A DNA stretch of 64,000 nt from Chloroflexota bacterium (GCA_019456165.1 VRUJ01000012.1:115-64114); one strand, 5' to 3'; counted from the stretch's first letter, positions 10,255 to 19,693 are shown. Notes: generated from the sequence alone by a model not told the origin. A program made the numbers and translations.

Positions 10255-10353
10255 TTACTACCAACCATCTTCCTATTTCTTACTAAAATTAATCCTGCGA
10301 AAAGAAACGTAATCCTATTTGTTAGTATGATCACTGACCTAAAATTCCAAATC

Positions 10354-11217
10354 TCAAACCTTTCGCCATGCGAGTACTTTATGCTCGATAACCGTCATAA
10401 GTCCATACAAGGCTACGTTAATCACGATCATCACCCCGAGTGCAGTAAACACAAGTGACGCATCATGCATAGCCTTGCCCAAGATAATCCAGTAGCCTAA
10501 GCCTCGCCCAGCGCTGATATATTCACCCACTAGAGCCCCGCTCATCGCATGTACGAGACCAATTTTGATTCCCCCTAACAATACGGGCATTGCAGCGGGA
10601 ATCTCGAGTAGGAAGAAGATCTGACTGCGATTAGCAGAATATGAACGCATTAGCTCTCGATGGTTGGCTGATACAGATCTGAATCCAACAATGGCGCTAA
10701 TAAGCATAGGAAACACGACTAACACGAATGCAATAATAATTTTGGATGCAGGTCCGAATCCAAACCAGACGATTAGAAGGGGAGCAATAGCCAGCATTGG
10801 TGTGGCCTGGGCAATGACGAAGTAAGGAGATACCAGATCCTCCAACAGAGGTGAGTGGGCAAGAAAGTTTCCCACGACCATAGCAAATACGAATGCGAGG
10901 CTAAATCCCCAGAACGCCTCATACATGGTATAGCTAGTGTGGTACCAAAGGGTGTTATCCTCCCAAACCACGAGTAATTTAGCCCAGATTCGAGAAGGGG
11001 AGGGAAGCAGGTAGGGAGGGTAATCGCCGATATTAATTAGCATTTGCCAGCCAACAATTGAGAGCAGGATTACGAATGGCAATACTAGATACTGGAACCG
11101 GCGACGAAAAATAGACTTTATTTTGGGAGGGGATTGTGGAAGAGCGCGAAAAACATCAATCAGACCAACATATTTGTTGCGAAAAAACCCCCGAATACTT
11201 CTACTGGAATTGACCAA
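10354..11217 (-). CDS. ABC transporter permease (NitT/TauT family), paralog
   Basis: It shows the same signature (ELMRSYSANRSQIFFLLEIPAAMPVLLGGIK). It uses a TTG start with a GGAG RBS. Confidence 0.8.
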   Translation of the reverse strand: MVNSSRSIRGFFRNKYVGLIDVFRALPQSPPKIKSIFRRRFQYLVLPFVILLSIVGWQMLINIGDYPPYLLPSPSRIWAKLLVVWEDNTLWYHTSYTMYEAFWGFSLAFVFAMVVGNFLAHSPLLEDLVSPYFVIAQATPMLAIAPLLIVWFGFGPASKIIIAFVLVVFPMLISAIVGFRSVSANHRELMRSYSANRSQIFFLLEIPAAMPVLLGGIKIGLVHAMSGALVGEYISAGRGLGYWIILGKAMHDASLVFTALGVMIVINVALYGLMTVIEHKVLAWRKV

Positions 11218-11323
11218 TCTTTACTCCAGTGGTAGGGGAGAGAAATACACCTGCAATTGGGGCTCAATAAATAACTGATTTGCAGGATTTGCGTAATATA
11301 AATTTTGTGCTGTAAATATGTAT

Positions 11324-11350
11324 ACAGTCGACTGTCGACAATCGACTGTG
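11324..11350. promoter_or_regulatory. perfect 12-bp palindrome ACAGTCGACTGT followed by an extra CGACTGT half-site; possible operator
   Basis: The site was read directly from the sequence. It lies about 110 bp upstream of the first gene of the minus-strand transporter/oxidoreductase operon. Confidence 0.3.
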
Positions 11351-11603
11351 GTTGAATAATAGCATGATGGCGCGAAAAAGTCAACTGCAAACTGTGGGAT
11401 TCCCAGGAGATTTTAGAAATTAAGTTGTATCAACAAAACTTTTCTATTTATTATTGGATTCAACTCAAGGATCCGCACTTGCAGAGTTGATAATTAATCG
11501 CCTGATACGAATTCAATGCAAAAATGGGTCCCATCTCTTTAGGCATCAAATATTTTTATAGTTTCGAAAATATAAGGCAGGATATTAGATAACCCACACA
11601 AAT

Positions 11604-11631
11604 TGGTTACCCTTAAAGGAATCGAACCTAT
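11604..11631 (-). other. tRNA 3'-end-like fragment (T-arm, acceptor strand and an encoded CCA); putative att-site relic
   Basis: The reverse strand reads ATAGG-TTCGATT-CCTTT-AAGGGTA-A-CCA. No matching 5' acceptor strand or anticodon arm lies upstream. It sits 54 bp beyond the stop of the integrase remnant. Confidence 0.4.
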
Positions 11632-11684
11632 AACCTACTAGTATAAAGAATAAAAGAACTAAATAATTTCCTGTATCATTCCAA

Positions 11685-11864
11685 TTAACTCAAACCCTTA
11701 TAAGGCACATCCAGTAAACCAGCGGTTTTTTGTTTGGCTTGCTCACCTCTGCGGTCGTAACGTGATGTGGTTTGGGTGTTGGCATGACCAGCCATTTTTG
11801 CCACGATTGAGATATCTGCTCCTGCCATCAATACCTGAAATTGATAATTATTAATATCGAACAT
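11685..11864 (-). pseudogene. tyrosine recombinase/integrase, C-terminal remnant (~45 aa of homology)
   Basis: My translation is ...[49 protein letters not shown]. This is the box II region with the catalytic H and the RY. The residual ORF is 59 aa, so it is below the track threshold. Confidence 0.7.
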
Positions 11865-12094
11865 TCAAGATTAACAACTAAATATGGTACTATAAAGTAG
11901 GATCAAATACATCAATAATTGGCCAGACCCTCACTGCTCTCACATCGCAGATTACGCGGGTCAATCCGTCGAAGAAAAAATTTATCTGTGAGACACTAGA
12001 ATTACCTTTATTATTCATCAATAGCAGCCAACCTAGAGATTCTTCATGAATTTCTACTTTTAACCTAGACTATCTAACCAAGGAGGTACTACCG

Positions 12095-12508
12095 ATGGAA
12101 AAGTCAGCAGAGTTAAGTGATATTGTACTTCGAGTACTGGAAGGGTATGTAAGTGGAGACATTTCAACTTCCGAAAATATAACCTCGCAAAAGGATGAAG
12201 TATTACTCATTGGATCTGACCCCAATGAGTGGTGGGAAGGTTACAATAAGATCATCAGTACTCTCAAATCTCAATCGGGAGAGCTTAGTGGAGCAACCCT
12301 CAGTGAAGTAGATACAAAGGCTTACGTCGAGGGGACAACAGGATGGTTTAACAATCGAACGACAATGAAAATGCCGGATGACCTAGAAATTCCATTTCGT
12401 GTCACAGGCGTCTTCCATCAAGAAGATGGGGACTGGAAAATCATACAATGGCATGCCTCTGTCGGTGTAGCAAACGAAGAGGCCATGGGACAAGAGTTCA
12501 CGACGTAG
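12095..12508 (+). CDS. SnoaL/NTF2-like fold protein (hypothetical)
   Basis: The 137-aa ORF has a good RBS (AAGGAGG). The cone-shaped alpha+beta pattern ending in GDWKIIQWHAS is typical of NTF2-like proteins. Confidence 0.4.
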   Translation: MEKSAELSDIVLRVLEGYVSGDISTSENITSQKDEVLLIGSDPNEWWEGYNKIISTLKSQSGELSGATLSEVDTKAYVEGTTGWFNNRTTMKMPDDLEIPFRVTGVFHQEDGDWKIIQWHASVGVANEEAMGQEFTT

Positions 12509-12578
12509 TTTTATGTTTTATGTTTTACCAGGATCAGATTGGGAGGTAAAGCCTTTCTTTCCCTTCTTGCCTCCCGCC

Positions 12579-12607
12579 TTGTAATTATCAGGCTAACGCG
12601 CTATAAT
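12579..12607 (+). promoter_or_regulatory. sigma-70-type promoter of tRNA-Pro (TTGTAA-17-TATAAT)
   Basis: The hexamers and 17-nt spacing were read directly. The -10 element ends 13 nt before tRNA position 1. Confidence 0.5.
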
Positions 12608-12620
12608 CTGGCTCACAATT

Positions 12621-12695
<75 letters not shown>

Positions 12696-13026
12696 CAGAA
12701 TTTGATTGCCGTAGACCTTCTGGGTAAGCAGCGCCTGGATATGTGGTTTGCGGTTTTTGTGTTTTAGGGTTGTGATATTTACCAGATATCCCATCCTCTG
12801 AATATTGGGGAAAGGTAGGGTTGAAAAACTAATTTAGTTTTTATTCGGATAACAGCTCAAGCTGTCATAAAAGCCATTTTGTATGGATAGAAACCTCCCA
12901 AATATGGTTGGATAATTACTCAGATGTTATTGAATATCCGAGGCTAGAATTTAATTGATATTTTTGATGAGATTAATAACTAATTGGTAGAAATAGGAGG
13001 TTTTCGATGGTTGAGTCTGAATATTT

Positions 13027-13788
13027 CTATGAGCTCATCAATTTGTTGTCATTTCTGAAGAGCCTGGCTTTTGCTGCCTCATATTCCTCTTCGGTTATAG
13101 TTTGATACTTATACAACTCAGCCAGTTTTTCCAATTGATCAGCGATATCTATGCTGGGCTCTCCGCTTCGTTCAGGTTGACGAAGGTATTGTTGAAAAAT
13201 ACTGTATGCCTCATCCCCAGCTGTTTGGCCATAAAGTACAAACCCTAACCTAACATCTGGTAAAAACGTTAAATTCAACTTTACTAGACTTAGATTTTGG
13301 TGGGTTAACTCATATATTTCTCGTCGTATTCCTACCAAGTTGGCTAATGGGTTTTCTGTTTCAAGCCGATGTTCAGTCTCGTAAGTTCTCAGCGGATATG
13401 TTGGGCGGGAAAATATTAAACCATAATGTAGTCGGTCACCATGGAAACTTGCATCCACATATGGTCTCCCAGGTTTAGACCCCGAGGGGGAAATAAGACC
13501 GCCGGATAGAAGACTTAGAAGTATGGCCATGAATAGGAAACAACCATCCCCTGTTCGTAGGTGTGATTCGTATCGAACCTTAATAAACCGTCGATTAGTA
13601 ATAATTATGTAACCAAAATAATAATCATTTTCTCCCCATACAGAAAAGTGAGAATAATTTCCCGCCCAATTTACATTCTCCCCCTCTTGGATTAAGGCTT
13701 TATGCGTTTTTCGATAATCTGATAGATAGTGTTCACTAACTTGCGAGTTAATGGGTAGTCTCGGTTCGGTATCAACATTAGGTTTCAT
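13027..13788 (-). CDS. SHOCT domain-containing protein (N-terminal PH-like region)
   Basis: The C-terminus LEKLAELYKYQTITEEEYEAAKARLF is the SHOCT motif. The start is taken at the ATG after AAAGGA; the track ORF starts at TTG 13815. Confidence 0.55.
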   Translation of the reverse strand: MKPNVDTEPRLPINSQVSEHYLSDYRKTHKALIQEGENVNWAGNYSHFSVWGENDYYFGYIIITNRRFIKVRYESHLRTGDGCFLFMAILLSLLSGGLISPSGSKPGRPYVDASFHGDRLHYGLIFSRPTYPLRTYETEHRLETENPLANLVGIRREIYELTHQNLSLVKLNLTFLPDVRLGFVLYGQTAGDEAYSIFQQYLRQPERSGEPSIDIADQLEKLAELYKYQTITEEEYEAAKARLFRNDNKLMSS

Positions 13789-14136
13789 TTCTAATCCTTT
13801 TCCATCTTCATTCAATGGTCACAAAAGAGATATTATCATATTTCTGCTACAACCGGACCGCAATATTTCCAAACCATGTCATATGCTTCCTAGTTGTGCG
13901 ATCTTCAATAATTATCGGTGGAAAAATAAAAATTAAGGTGGTTCCCTTAAACCACCCAAGCACCCCATCCCAATTACGGTTTCCTGAAATAAGAAATAAG
14001 TTTGTATTCGACCACCACGGATTATTCGAGGTATTTGCGGTAAAATGTAGTCGCTCTTTACCAGTAGTTTCATGCAATCCGTCAATAAAAAAAAAAATAA
14101 GCCAAATTATTTTAATGCCAAAACACCACAATCCCA

Positions 14137-15207
14137 ATGCCTAAAAACATCCTCGTAACCGGCGGGGCTGGCTTTATCGGTTCAAACTTTGTGCGCTATT
14201 TGCTGGTTGCCAATCCGGATGTACGCATAGTGAATTACGACTCCCTGACTTATGCAGGCAGCCTCGAGAATCTAAAAGACCTGCCTGACCCAGAGCGGCA
14301 TATCTTTGTTGAAGGGGATATCAACGATCAGGGTAAAGTCGAGGGCTTGCTCCAGGAATATAAAATTGATGCCCTGGTGCATTTTGCTGCTGAAAGCCAC
14401 GTGGACCGCTCTATCCTGGGGCCGGAAGCATTCATTCAGACCAATATCATCGGCACTTTCCGGCTGCTAGAAGCAGTCCGCAGAGTCTACATTGAAGAGA
14501 AATTGCTGCCGCTCGAGGGATTCCGCTTTCATCACATCTCGACTGACGAAGTCTTCGGGGAGTTGGGCACAGATGACCCACCTTTCACCGAAGAAACCCC
14601 ATATGCCCCAAATTCACCTTATGCTGCCTCTAAAGCCTCCAGCGATCATTTAGTGCGCGCATATCACCACACCTACGGACTGCCCATCTTGATCACGAAC
14701 TGCACCAATAATTACGGGCCCTATCAATACCCTGAAAAATTGATCCCATTAACGATCTCTAATGCACTGGCAGGAAAGAGATTGCCGGTATACGGTCAGG
14801 GGAAGCAGATGCGTGATTGGCTTTACGTAAGCGATCATTGTTCTGCGATTTGGGAGGCGCTGCAGCGCGGAAAGGTCGGGGAAACCTACGCCGTGGGAGG
14901 CGACACCCAGGTCGTGAATTTGGAAATCGTGGAGACTCTGTGTGAAATATTAGATGAGCTGAAGCCGCGTGCATCTGGTGAAAGTTATGCCGAATTAATT
15001 ACCTTCGTGAAAGATCGACCAGGCCACGATTGGCGCTACGACATCGATAGTTCAAAAATTAAAAGCAAGTTGGGTTGGCAGGCTAAAGAGACCTTACATT
15101 CAGGGCTGATGAAAACTGTGCAGTGGTACCTGGACAATGCTCAATGGATTGAAGCCATCAATTCGGAAGGTGAATATAAAGGTTGGATTAAGGAGAACTA
15201 CGGTTAA
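14137..15207 (+). CDS. rfbB: dTDP-glucose 4,6-dehydratase
   Basis: It has the TGGAGFIGSN Rossmann motif and the YAASKASSDH catalytic YxxxK. It looks collinear with RfbB over its full length (PGHDWRYDID...). Confidence 0.9.
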   Translation: MPKNILVTGGAGFIGSNFVRYLLVANPDVRIVNYDSLTYAGSLENLKDLPDPERHIFVEGDINDQGKVEGLLQEYKIDALVHFAAESHVDRSILGPEAFIQTNIIGTFRLLEAVRRVYIEEKLLPLEGFRFHHISTDEVFGELGTDDPPFTEETPYAPNSPYAASKASSDHLVRAYHHTYGLPILITNCTNNYGPYQYPEKLIPLTISNALAGKRLPVYGQGKQMRDWLYVSDHCSAIWEALQRGKVGETYAVGGDTQVVNLEIVETLCEILDELKPRASGESYAELITFVKDRPGHDWRYDIDSSKIKSKLGWQAKETLHSGLMKTVQWYLDNAQWIEAINSEGEYKGWIKENYG

Positions 15208-15257
15208 AAATATATAATCAGGAACCTTTTGGGGCTTTCAAGCCGGAGGTTGTGCAA

Positions 15258-16148
15258 TTACTCCGAGGCTTCCTCGTACGGCGGCCATGGCACTAATCTC
15301 CATGCTGTGTAACCGTGTTTTTCAACTGTGTAAACCCGAGCGCTGGACGGCTCAAAGCAGCCGGGCTCGTCAATCACATCCACGTACAGCAAGTCAGAAC
15401 GAATGGGATAAAAGACGATCTGCCCATCTTGGCACAACCAGGCCTCTACCAGATAGCCGCGGTAATCATCCTCCGTCATCCATACGTACGCCCATTCGAT
15501 GCGCACTTCATCCCCATCCCTTGTGGCCCCTGCCCATGTAGGCGGCAAGTACAAGTCTGAAAGTGGCAGCCGGCCGTAATATTCACCAACGCTGAAGATA
15601 TCACCGTCAACCTGCACTAATTCAGTCTTGATCCAACAAGGCGTTGGGAAGCCCAATCCCTGAACGTAGATCCAGGTCCCATCTTTATTGCGGCCGACAA
15701 CTTCGAATAAGTAACCTTCAAAAAAGCCGTATTCGTACAGGTAAGCCGCACCTGGCCCATAACGGCAGTTAGTCTGCTCTAAAGCAACCCCGTCTGGGGG
15801 ATCGAATGTAGCTGTGGGTGTAACCGTGGGAGTATCGGAGGGTGTGGGAGTGATCGTAGCTGTATAGCGTGAGGTGGGTGTTGCCGTTGGATGGGGAATA
15901 GGTGTGGAGGTAGAAGTACTAGTCAAAGTGGGGGTGGGGGTTGAGGTGGATGTAGCGGTCTGAGTGAAAGTCGGGGAAGGACTGTAGGTTGAGGTGAACT
16001 CGGGAATCTCCGTTGGATCTTCGGCCAAACCGATTGCCAGCATATCCGTCTGGACTAATAGGAAGCCAACACAGACCACTCCCAAGATACCTACAAAAAA
16101 TGCCCCGATCACTTCTGGTTTCCTTATTAGAGAACGTAACTTTTGCAT
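15258..16148 (-). CDS. membrane-anchored protein with a Thr/Pro/Ser-rich linker and an SH3b-like domain
   Basis: It has an N-terminal TM helix, a low-complexity TSTSTPTPTLTSTSTSTP linker, and then CRYGPGAAYLYEYGFFEGYLFEVVGRNKDGTWIYV, which is SH3b-like. Confidence 0.55.
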   Translation of the reverse strand: MQKLRSLIRKPEVIGAFFVGILGVVCVGFLLVQTDMLAIGLAEDPTEIPEFTSTYSPSPTFTQTATSTSTPTPTLTSTSTSTPIPHPTATPTSRYTATITPTPSDTPTVTPTATFDPPDGVALEQTNCRYGPGAAYLYEYGFFEGYLFEVVGRNKDGTWIYVQGLGFPTPCWIKTELVQVDGDIFSVGEYYGRLPLSDLYLPPTWAGATRDGDEVRIEWAYVWMTEDDYRGYLVEAWLCQDGQIVFYPIRSDLLYVDVIDEPGCFEPSSARVYTVEKHGYTAWRLVPWPPYEEASE

Positions 16149-16489
16149 ATATTAACAACTACCTTCATATAATATTTTTTCACCATAGAATATTACTTGA
16201 TTTTATATGTAATTTGATATTCAAAAACATTACAAAACGGATAAGAATATTTTATGTTTGCAGAGTAAATACTGGCATCCCCCATCAATACTGGTATTGC
16301 AATAAAAAATTATCTAATAACAGTTCTCGGACAAGGGTGACATAACACCCAAATTACTTGCGCTTGACCGGTAAGCCGCGATTTCATATAATGATATTAA
16401 CTCTGCACCTCCCCAAGGTGTAAAAATTGACAATGCCGCAAAAAACATTCATCATAAGCCGGTTTAAAATAAAATAGGAGATTAATAAT

Positions 16490-16894
16490 ATGGCTAAACT
16501 CGAAACAATTGAGGGGATTGGTGATAAATATGCAACAACTTTACGCGACGCAGGTGTAAAAACCACCAACGCATTACTCAAGAAAGGCTCGACACCGAAA
16601 GGGCGCCGGAAGCTTGAAAAGGATACCGGAATAAGCGGAAAACTCATCCTTGAATGGGTCAACCATTGCGATTTATGCCGCGTAAAAGGTGTAGCTGGAG
16701 AGTATGCTGATTTGCTTGAGGAGGCCGGGGTGGACACAGTACCTGAATTGGCCCAACGCAACCCTTTCCGGCTATATCTGCATGTCCGGGATGTCAACGA
16801 GGCAAAAAGCTTGGTGCGCAGCATTCCCGCTCAATCTAAGATCAGAAAGTGGGTGACGGAAGCTAAGAACCTGCCCCGCGTAGTGGAATATTAA
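16490..16894 (+). CDS. DUF4332 domain-containing protein (tandem helix-hairpin-helix)
   Basis: It matches the family pattern LETIEGIGDKYATTLRDAGVKTT....LILEWVNHCDLCRVKGVAGEYADLLEEAGVDTV.ELA.RNP...LPRVVEY. Confidence 0.7.
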   Translation: MAKLETIEGIGDKYATTLRDAGVKTTNALLKKGSTPKGRRKLEKDTGISGKLILEWVNHCDLCRVKGVAGEYADLLEEAGVDTVPELAQRNPFRLYLHVRDVNEAKSLVRSIPAQSKIRKWVTEAKNLPRVVEY

Positions 16895-16928
16895 ATCCAT
16901 TACTTAAAATCCACCAGACAGCCATCTT

Positions 16929-17702
16929 CTAATTACCGCGGGTGTCGTTGGAAACCGGGTTGGATAAAACCCCCAATCCCTCAATGCTTACGCTGACTTC
17001 ATCACCATCCTCCAAGCGCCCCACTCCAGCCGGAGTCCCGGTCAGCAAAAGATCTCCAGGTTCCAGAGTCATCACTGAAGAAGCATAAGTCAATAGTTGA
17101 CGCACGGGGAAGACCATGTCCCGCGTGGAGGCCATCTGGCGCATCTCCTCATTCACGTGGCAGGTGATCAACGCGTCGGTGGAGTCAAAGTCCGTTTCGA
17201 TCCATGGCCCGGTGGGGCAAAAGGTATCGAACCCTTTGCCGCGCGTCCACTGCCCATCCCGGCGCTGGAGGTCTCTGGCTGTGATGTCATTGGCTATGGT
17301 GTAACCCAGGATGTAATCCGCAGTATCCTCCGGTTGGATCCAGCGGCAACGCTTGCTCACCACAACCGCTAATTCCGCCTCGTGCTCCACCTGTTGGGAT
17401 TGTGGGGGCAGTATGATGGGTTCCTCGTGCCCGATCAAAGATGAGGGCGGTTTCAAAAACAATAAAGGTACATCTGGGACCTCGGCCCCGTGTTCTTCGG
17501 CATGTGCAGGATAATTTCTCCCAATACAGATCACTTTGCTCGGTTCTACTGGGGGTAACAAACGTACATCTGCCAGAGGAATATCGGCCTCCGTGCGGCG
17601 GAATTCTTCAAATGGAGTACCCTGCATTGTGCCAACCATTTCGTCCAAAACCCAGCCGAACCGCGGTGCATCATCTTTTATTTGGAAGCGAATTATGCGC
17701 AT
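16929..17702 (-). CDS. fumarylacetoacetate hydrolase (FAH) family protein
   Basis: FAH C-terminal domain motifs are present: VICIGRNYPAHAEE, EAELAVVV, RGKGFDTFCP and GDLLLTGTPAGVG. Confidence 0.85.
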   Translation of the reverse strand: MRIIRFQIKDDAPRFGWVLDEMVGTMQGTPFEEFRRTEADIPLADVRLLPPVEPSKVICIGRNYPAHAEEHGAEVPDVPLLFLKPPSSLIGHEEPIILPPQSQQVEHEAELAVVVSKRCRWIQPEDTADYILGYTIANDITARDLQRRDGQWTRGKGFDTFCPTGPWIETDFDSTDALITCHVNEEMRQMASTRDMVFPVRQLLTYASSVMTLEPGDLLLTGTPAGVGRLEDGDEVSVSIEGLGVLSNPVSNDTRGN

Positions 17703-17734
17703 ATCTTTATGATTTTACTTCAAAAAGGAAATTA

Positions 17735-18568
17735 CTAATCCCCAATATGAATGCGGTCGTACATTTTTTCAATGGCTTCGTCCGTGCCCCCAAAACGTTC
17801 ACCAAAACGCCAGCGTAAAGCCTCTGCCAGAGCATACACGATAGCATCTACTACGACAATACCGATTCCAATGGCAGGTTGGTTCTGAGCTGCTAAAACT
17901 ACTTGTGCTGAGCTGGCTGAATCTAACGAGGCCGCTCCCACGATTGCTGCAGTAGGAATATTCCTGTCACCAGCTGCTTTCAAAGCGCGGGAGATGAAAG
18001 GCGCTGCCCCGGCAACATCGATCGCCAGTAGTAGGTCTTTGGTGGACGCGGTGGAAACTGTACGCGCCAGGTCGGTTACGCCGTGCTGCACAACAGTGAC
18101 TATGAAACCGCCCTGTTCCAGCAAATTGAATAGATTATAGGCCGCAGCCTGTCCCAGGCTCTCGGGAACGATGATGATACGCCGGGCCTCCCCGATCAAA
18201 CCGACCAGTTCGTCAACTGCATCTGTATCCAGGAGTTTGCGCGCCTGTTCTATCGCATCCCCTAATCTTTTGAGGGTAGCATCCACCACCCCTGGAGTCG
18301 ATTCTGGGTCGGCAGCCTCTTCTGGACGGATAAGCAGATTACGCTTGACCTTGTCACGTATTTCGCGTTGTAATTCAGGGAAACCCCTATATCCCAACTT
18401 CTGGGCAAAGCGCACCACCGTTGCCGCGTCCACGTCCACCTGATGAGCGATCTCGGTGGCCGTCATCAAAGCCGCCTGGATGTAAGAATCCAGCAGGTGA
18501 TCGGCCAGGCGCACAAAGCTCTTAGACATGCTTGGGCGCGCCTCGCGGATGCGCTTCTCGTAGGACAT
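17735..18568 (-). CDS. MurR/RpiR family transcriptional regulator (HTH_6 + SIS)
   Basis: The N-terminal HTH reads TATEIAHQVDVDAATVVRFAQKLGYRGFPELQ. The C-terminal half is a SIS-like sugar-phosphate-binding domain. Confidence 0.8.
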   Translation of the reverse strand: MSYEKRIREARPSMSKSFVRLADHLLDSYIQAALMTATEIAHQVDVDAATVVRFAQKLGYRGFPELQREIRDKVKRNLLIRPEEAADPESTPGVVDATLKRLGDAIEQARKLLDTDAVDELVGLIGEARRIIIVPESLGQAAAYNLFNLLEQGGFIVTVVQHGVTDLARTVSTASTKDLLLAIDVAGAAPFISRALKAAGDRNIPTAAIVGAASLDSASSAQVVLAAQNQPAIGIGIVVVDAIVYALAEALRWRFGERFGGTDEAIEKMYDRIHIGD

Positions 18569-18626
18569 GAGTTCAATATAGCATAATTATTTTAAAGGCG
18601 CAAACACATTGCAAGAGTTATTGCGC

Positions 18627-18656
18627 TTGAATTGGCGGGATTATTTGCGGTATAAT
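18627..18656 (+). promoter_or_regulatory. promoter of tRNA-Val (TTGAAT-18-TATAAT)
   Basis: The hexamers were read directly. The -10 element ends 9 nt before the tRNA 5' end. Confidence 0.45.
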
Positions 18657-18665
18657 TTATCACCC

Positions 18666-18739
18666 GGGCGGATAGCTCAGTTGGTTAGAGCGCTTCCTTT
18701 ACACGGAAGAGGTCGTAGGTTCGAGTCCTATTCCGCCCA
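18666..18739 (+). tRNA. tRNA-Val (anticodon TAC)
   Basis: Hand fold: acceptor GGGCGGA/TCCGCCC, D stem GCTC/GAGC, anticodon stem CTTCC/GGAAG, loop TT-TAC-AC, T loop TTCGAGT, discriminator A. Confidence 0.9.
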
Positions 18740-18828
18740 CCTGAGAATTCCTTGCATTTTGGGAATTATCTTCTATCCAAAAAATCCCAACCCCCTACAA
18801 ATCCCGACAAACTTAATAGGAAAATTAC

Positions 18829-19074
18829 ATGCGCGAGTATGACCGAAGGGATTACAAATTCATCCACGCTCCGGAAATCGATGGCGAGGGAATGACAAGT
18901 ATGCTTTGGGTCAACAGCAGCCCGTTCCGAAAGCGTTTGAAAACAAACCTGTTCGAATACATTGCAGAATTGGGCGGGTTTGGCTGGGAGCTGGTACCGC
19001 GTGTGGATGACGTTTGGGTGCTGAAGCGTCCAAATGAGAAAGTTAGGATTGATGAAGAAGGTGTAGTCTACTAA
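18829..19074 (+). CDS. small hypothetical protein
   Basis: It is an 81-aa ORF with no convincing RBS and no family I recognise with confidence. Confidence 0.3.
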   Translation: MREYDRRDYKFIHAPEIDGEGMTSMLWVNSSPFRKRLKTNLFEYIAELGGFGWELVPRVDDVWVLKRPNEKVRIDEEGVVY

Positions 19075-19207
19075 CACCGGGGATTTTAATTGATTGCACA
19101 ATTTTATGACAAAAATGTAAAGCAGGAAAATGTTTCCTCCTATTGACCTATGTATTACATCTTCCTATAATGGAATTGTTTGATTGGTCTTTGAAGGATT
19201 CAAAAAA

Positions 19208-19576
19208 ATGAGCAACCCCCTTGCATTTATCGTCGAAGATGATCCCGATTCGGCTAAGCTTTACCGCCGCATGGTAACACCTGCTGGTTTTGTTTGTGAG
19301 GTCTTCTCCACGGGAGAAGCAGCTCTGAAGCGCTTGGACGAAGTCACGCCGAAATTGGTGGTTTTGGATCTCCTGCTGGATGAAGGCGTTTTGAACGTTT
19401 CAGGTTTAGATGTGCTCGAAAAAATCCATAACGACCACAGATTAACTGAAACGCGTGTAATCGTAATTACCGGGTTCAGGCAAATGGCCGACAAGCTTGA
19501 AAATCAAGTCGATCATGTACTCATCAAACCTATCGATGTAAAACAATTACGTGATTTGGCTGGGGAGACGATATAG
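19208..19576 (+). CDS. single-domain response regulator (receiver only)
   Basis: The CheY-like pattern is present: FIVEDD, VVLDLLL, VIVITG and LIKP. Confidence 0.75.
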   Translation: MSNPLAFIVEDDPDSAKLYRRMVTPAGFVCEVFSTGEAALKRLDEVTPKLVVLDLLLDEGVLNVSGLDVLEKIHNDHRLTETRVIVITGFRQMADKLENQVDHVLIKPIDVKQLRDLAGETI

Positions 19577-19693
19577 ACAATCAAGCTTTTTGGTATCTTG
19601 GACCCAATGGGAGGAATGGCAATAACTAGCTGCTTTAATAACTAGCCGTGATAGGGCAAATGTCCTAAAAAGTTGGGTCTTTTGTCCCATCCC

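Noticed and set aside
13815-14144. Overlapping 109-aa (plus strand) and 96-aa (minus strand) ORFs lie in the spacer before rfbB.
   Set aside because: They sit in an AT-rich intergenic region with a poly-A run. They mirror each other, have no RBS, and have an implausible composition.
15880-16000. A short-period repetitive DNA stretch (ACC/ACT/CCA-type repeats) was considered as a possible tandem repeat or CRISPR-like array.
   Set aside because: It is in-frame coding sequence for a Thr/Ser/Pro-rich linker (TSTSTPTPTLTSTSTSTP). It has no repeat-spacer organisation. I saw no CRISPR array anywhere in the window.
18609-18842. A 77-aa ORF lies on the plus strand.
   Set aside because: It spans the tRNA-Val gene (18666-18739), so it is not a plausible CDS.
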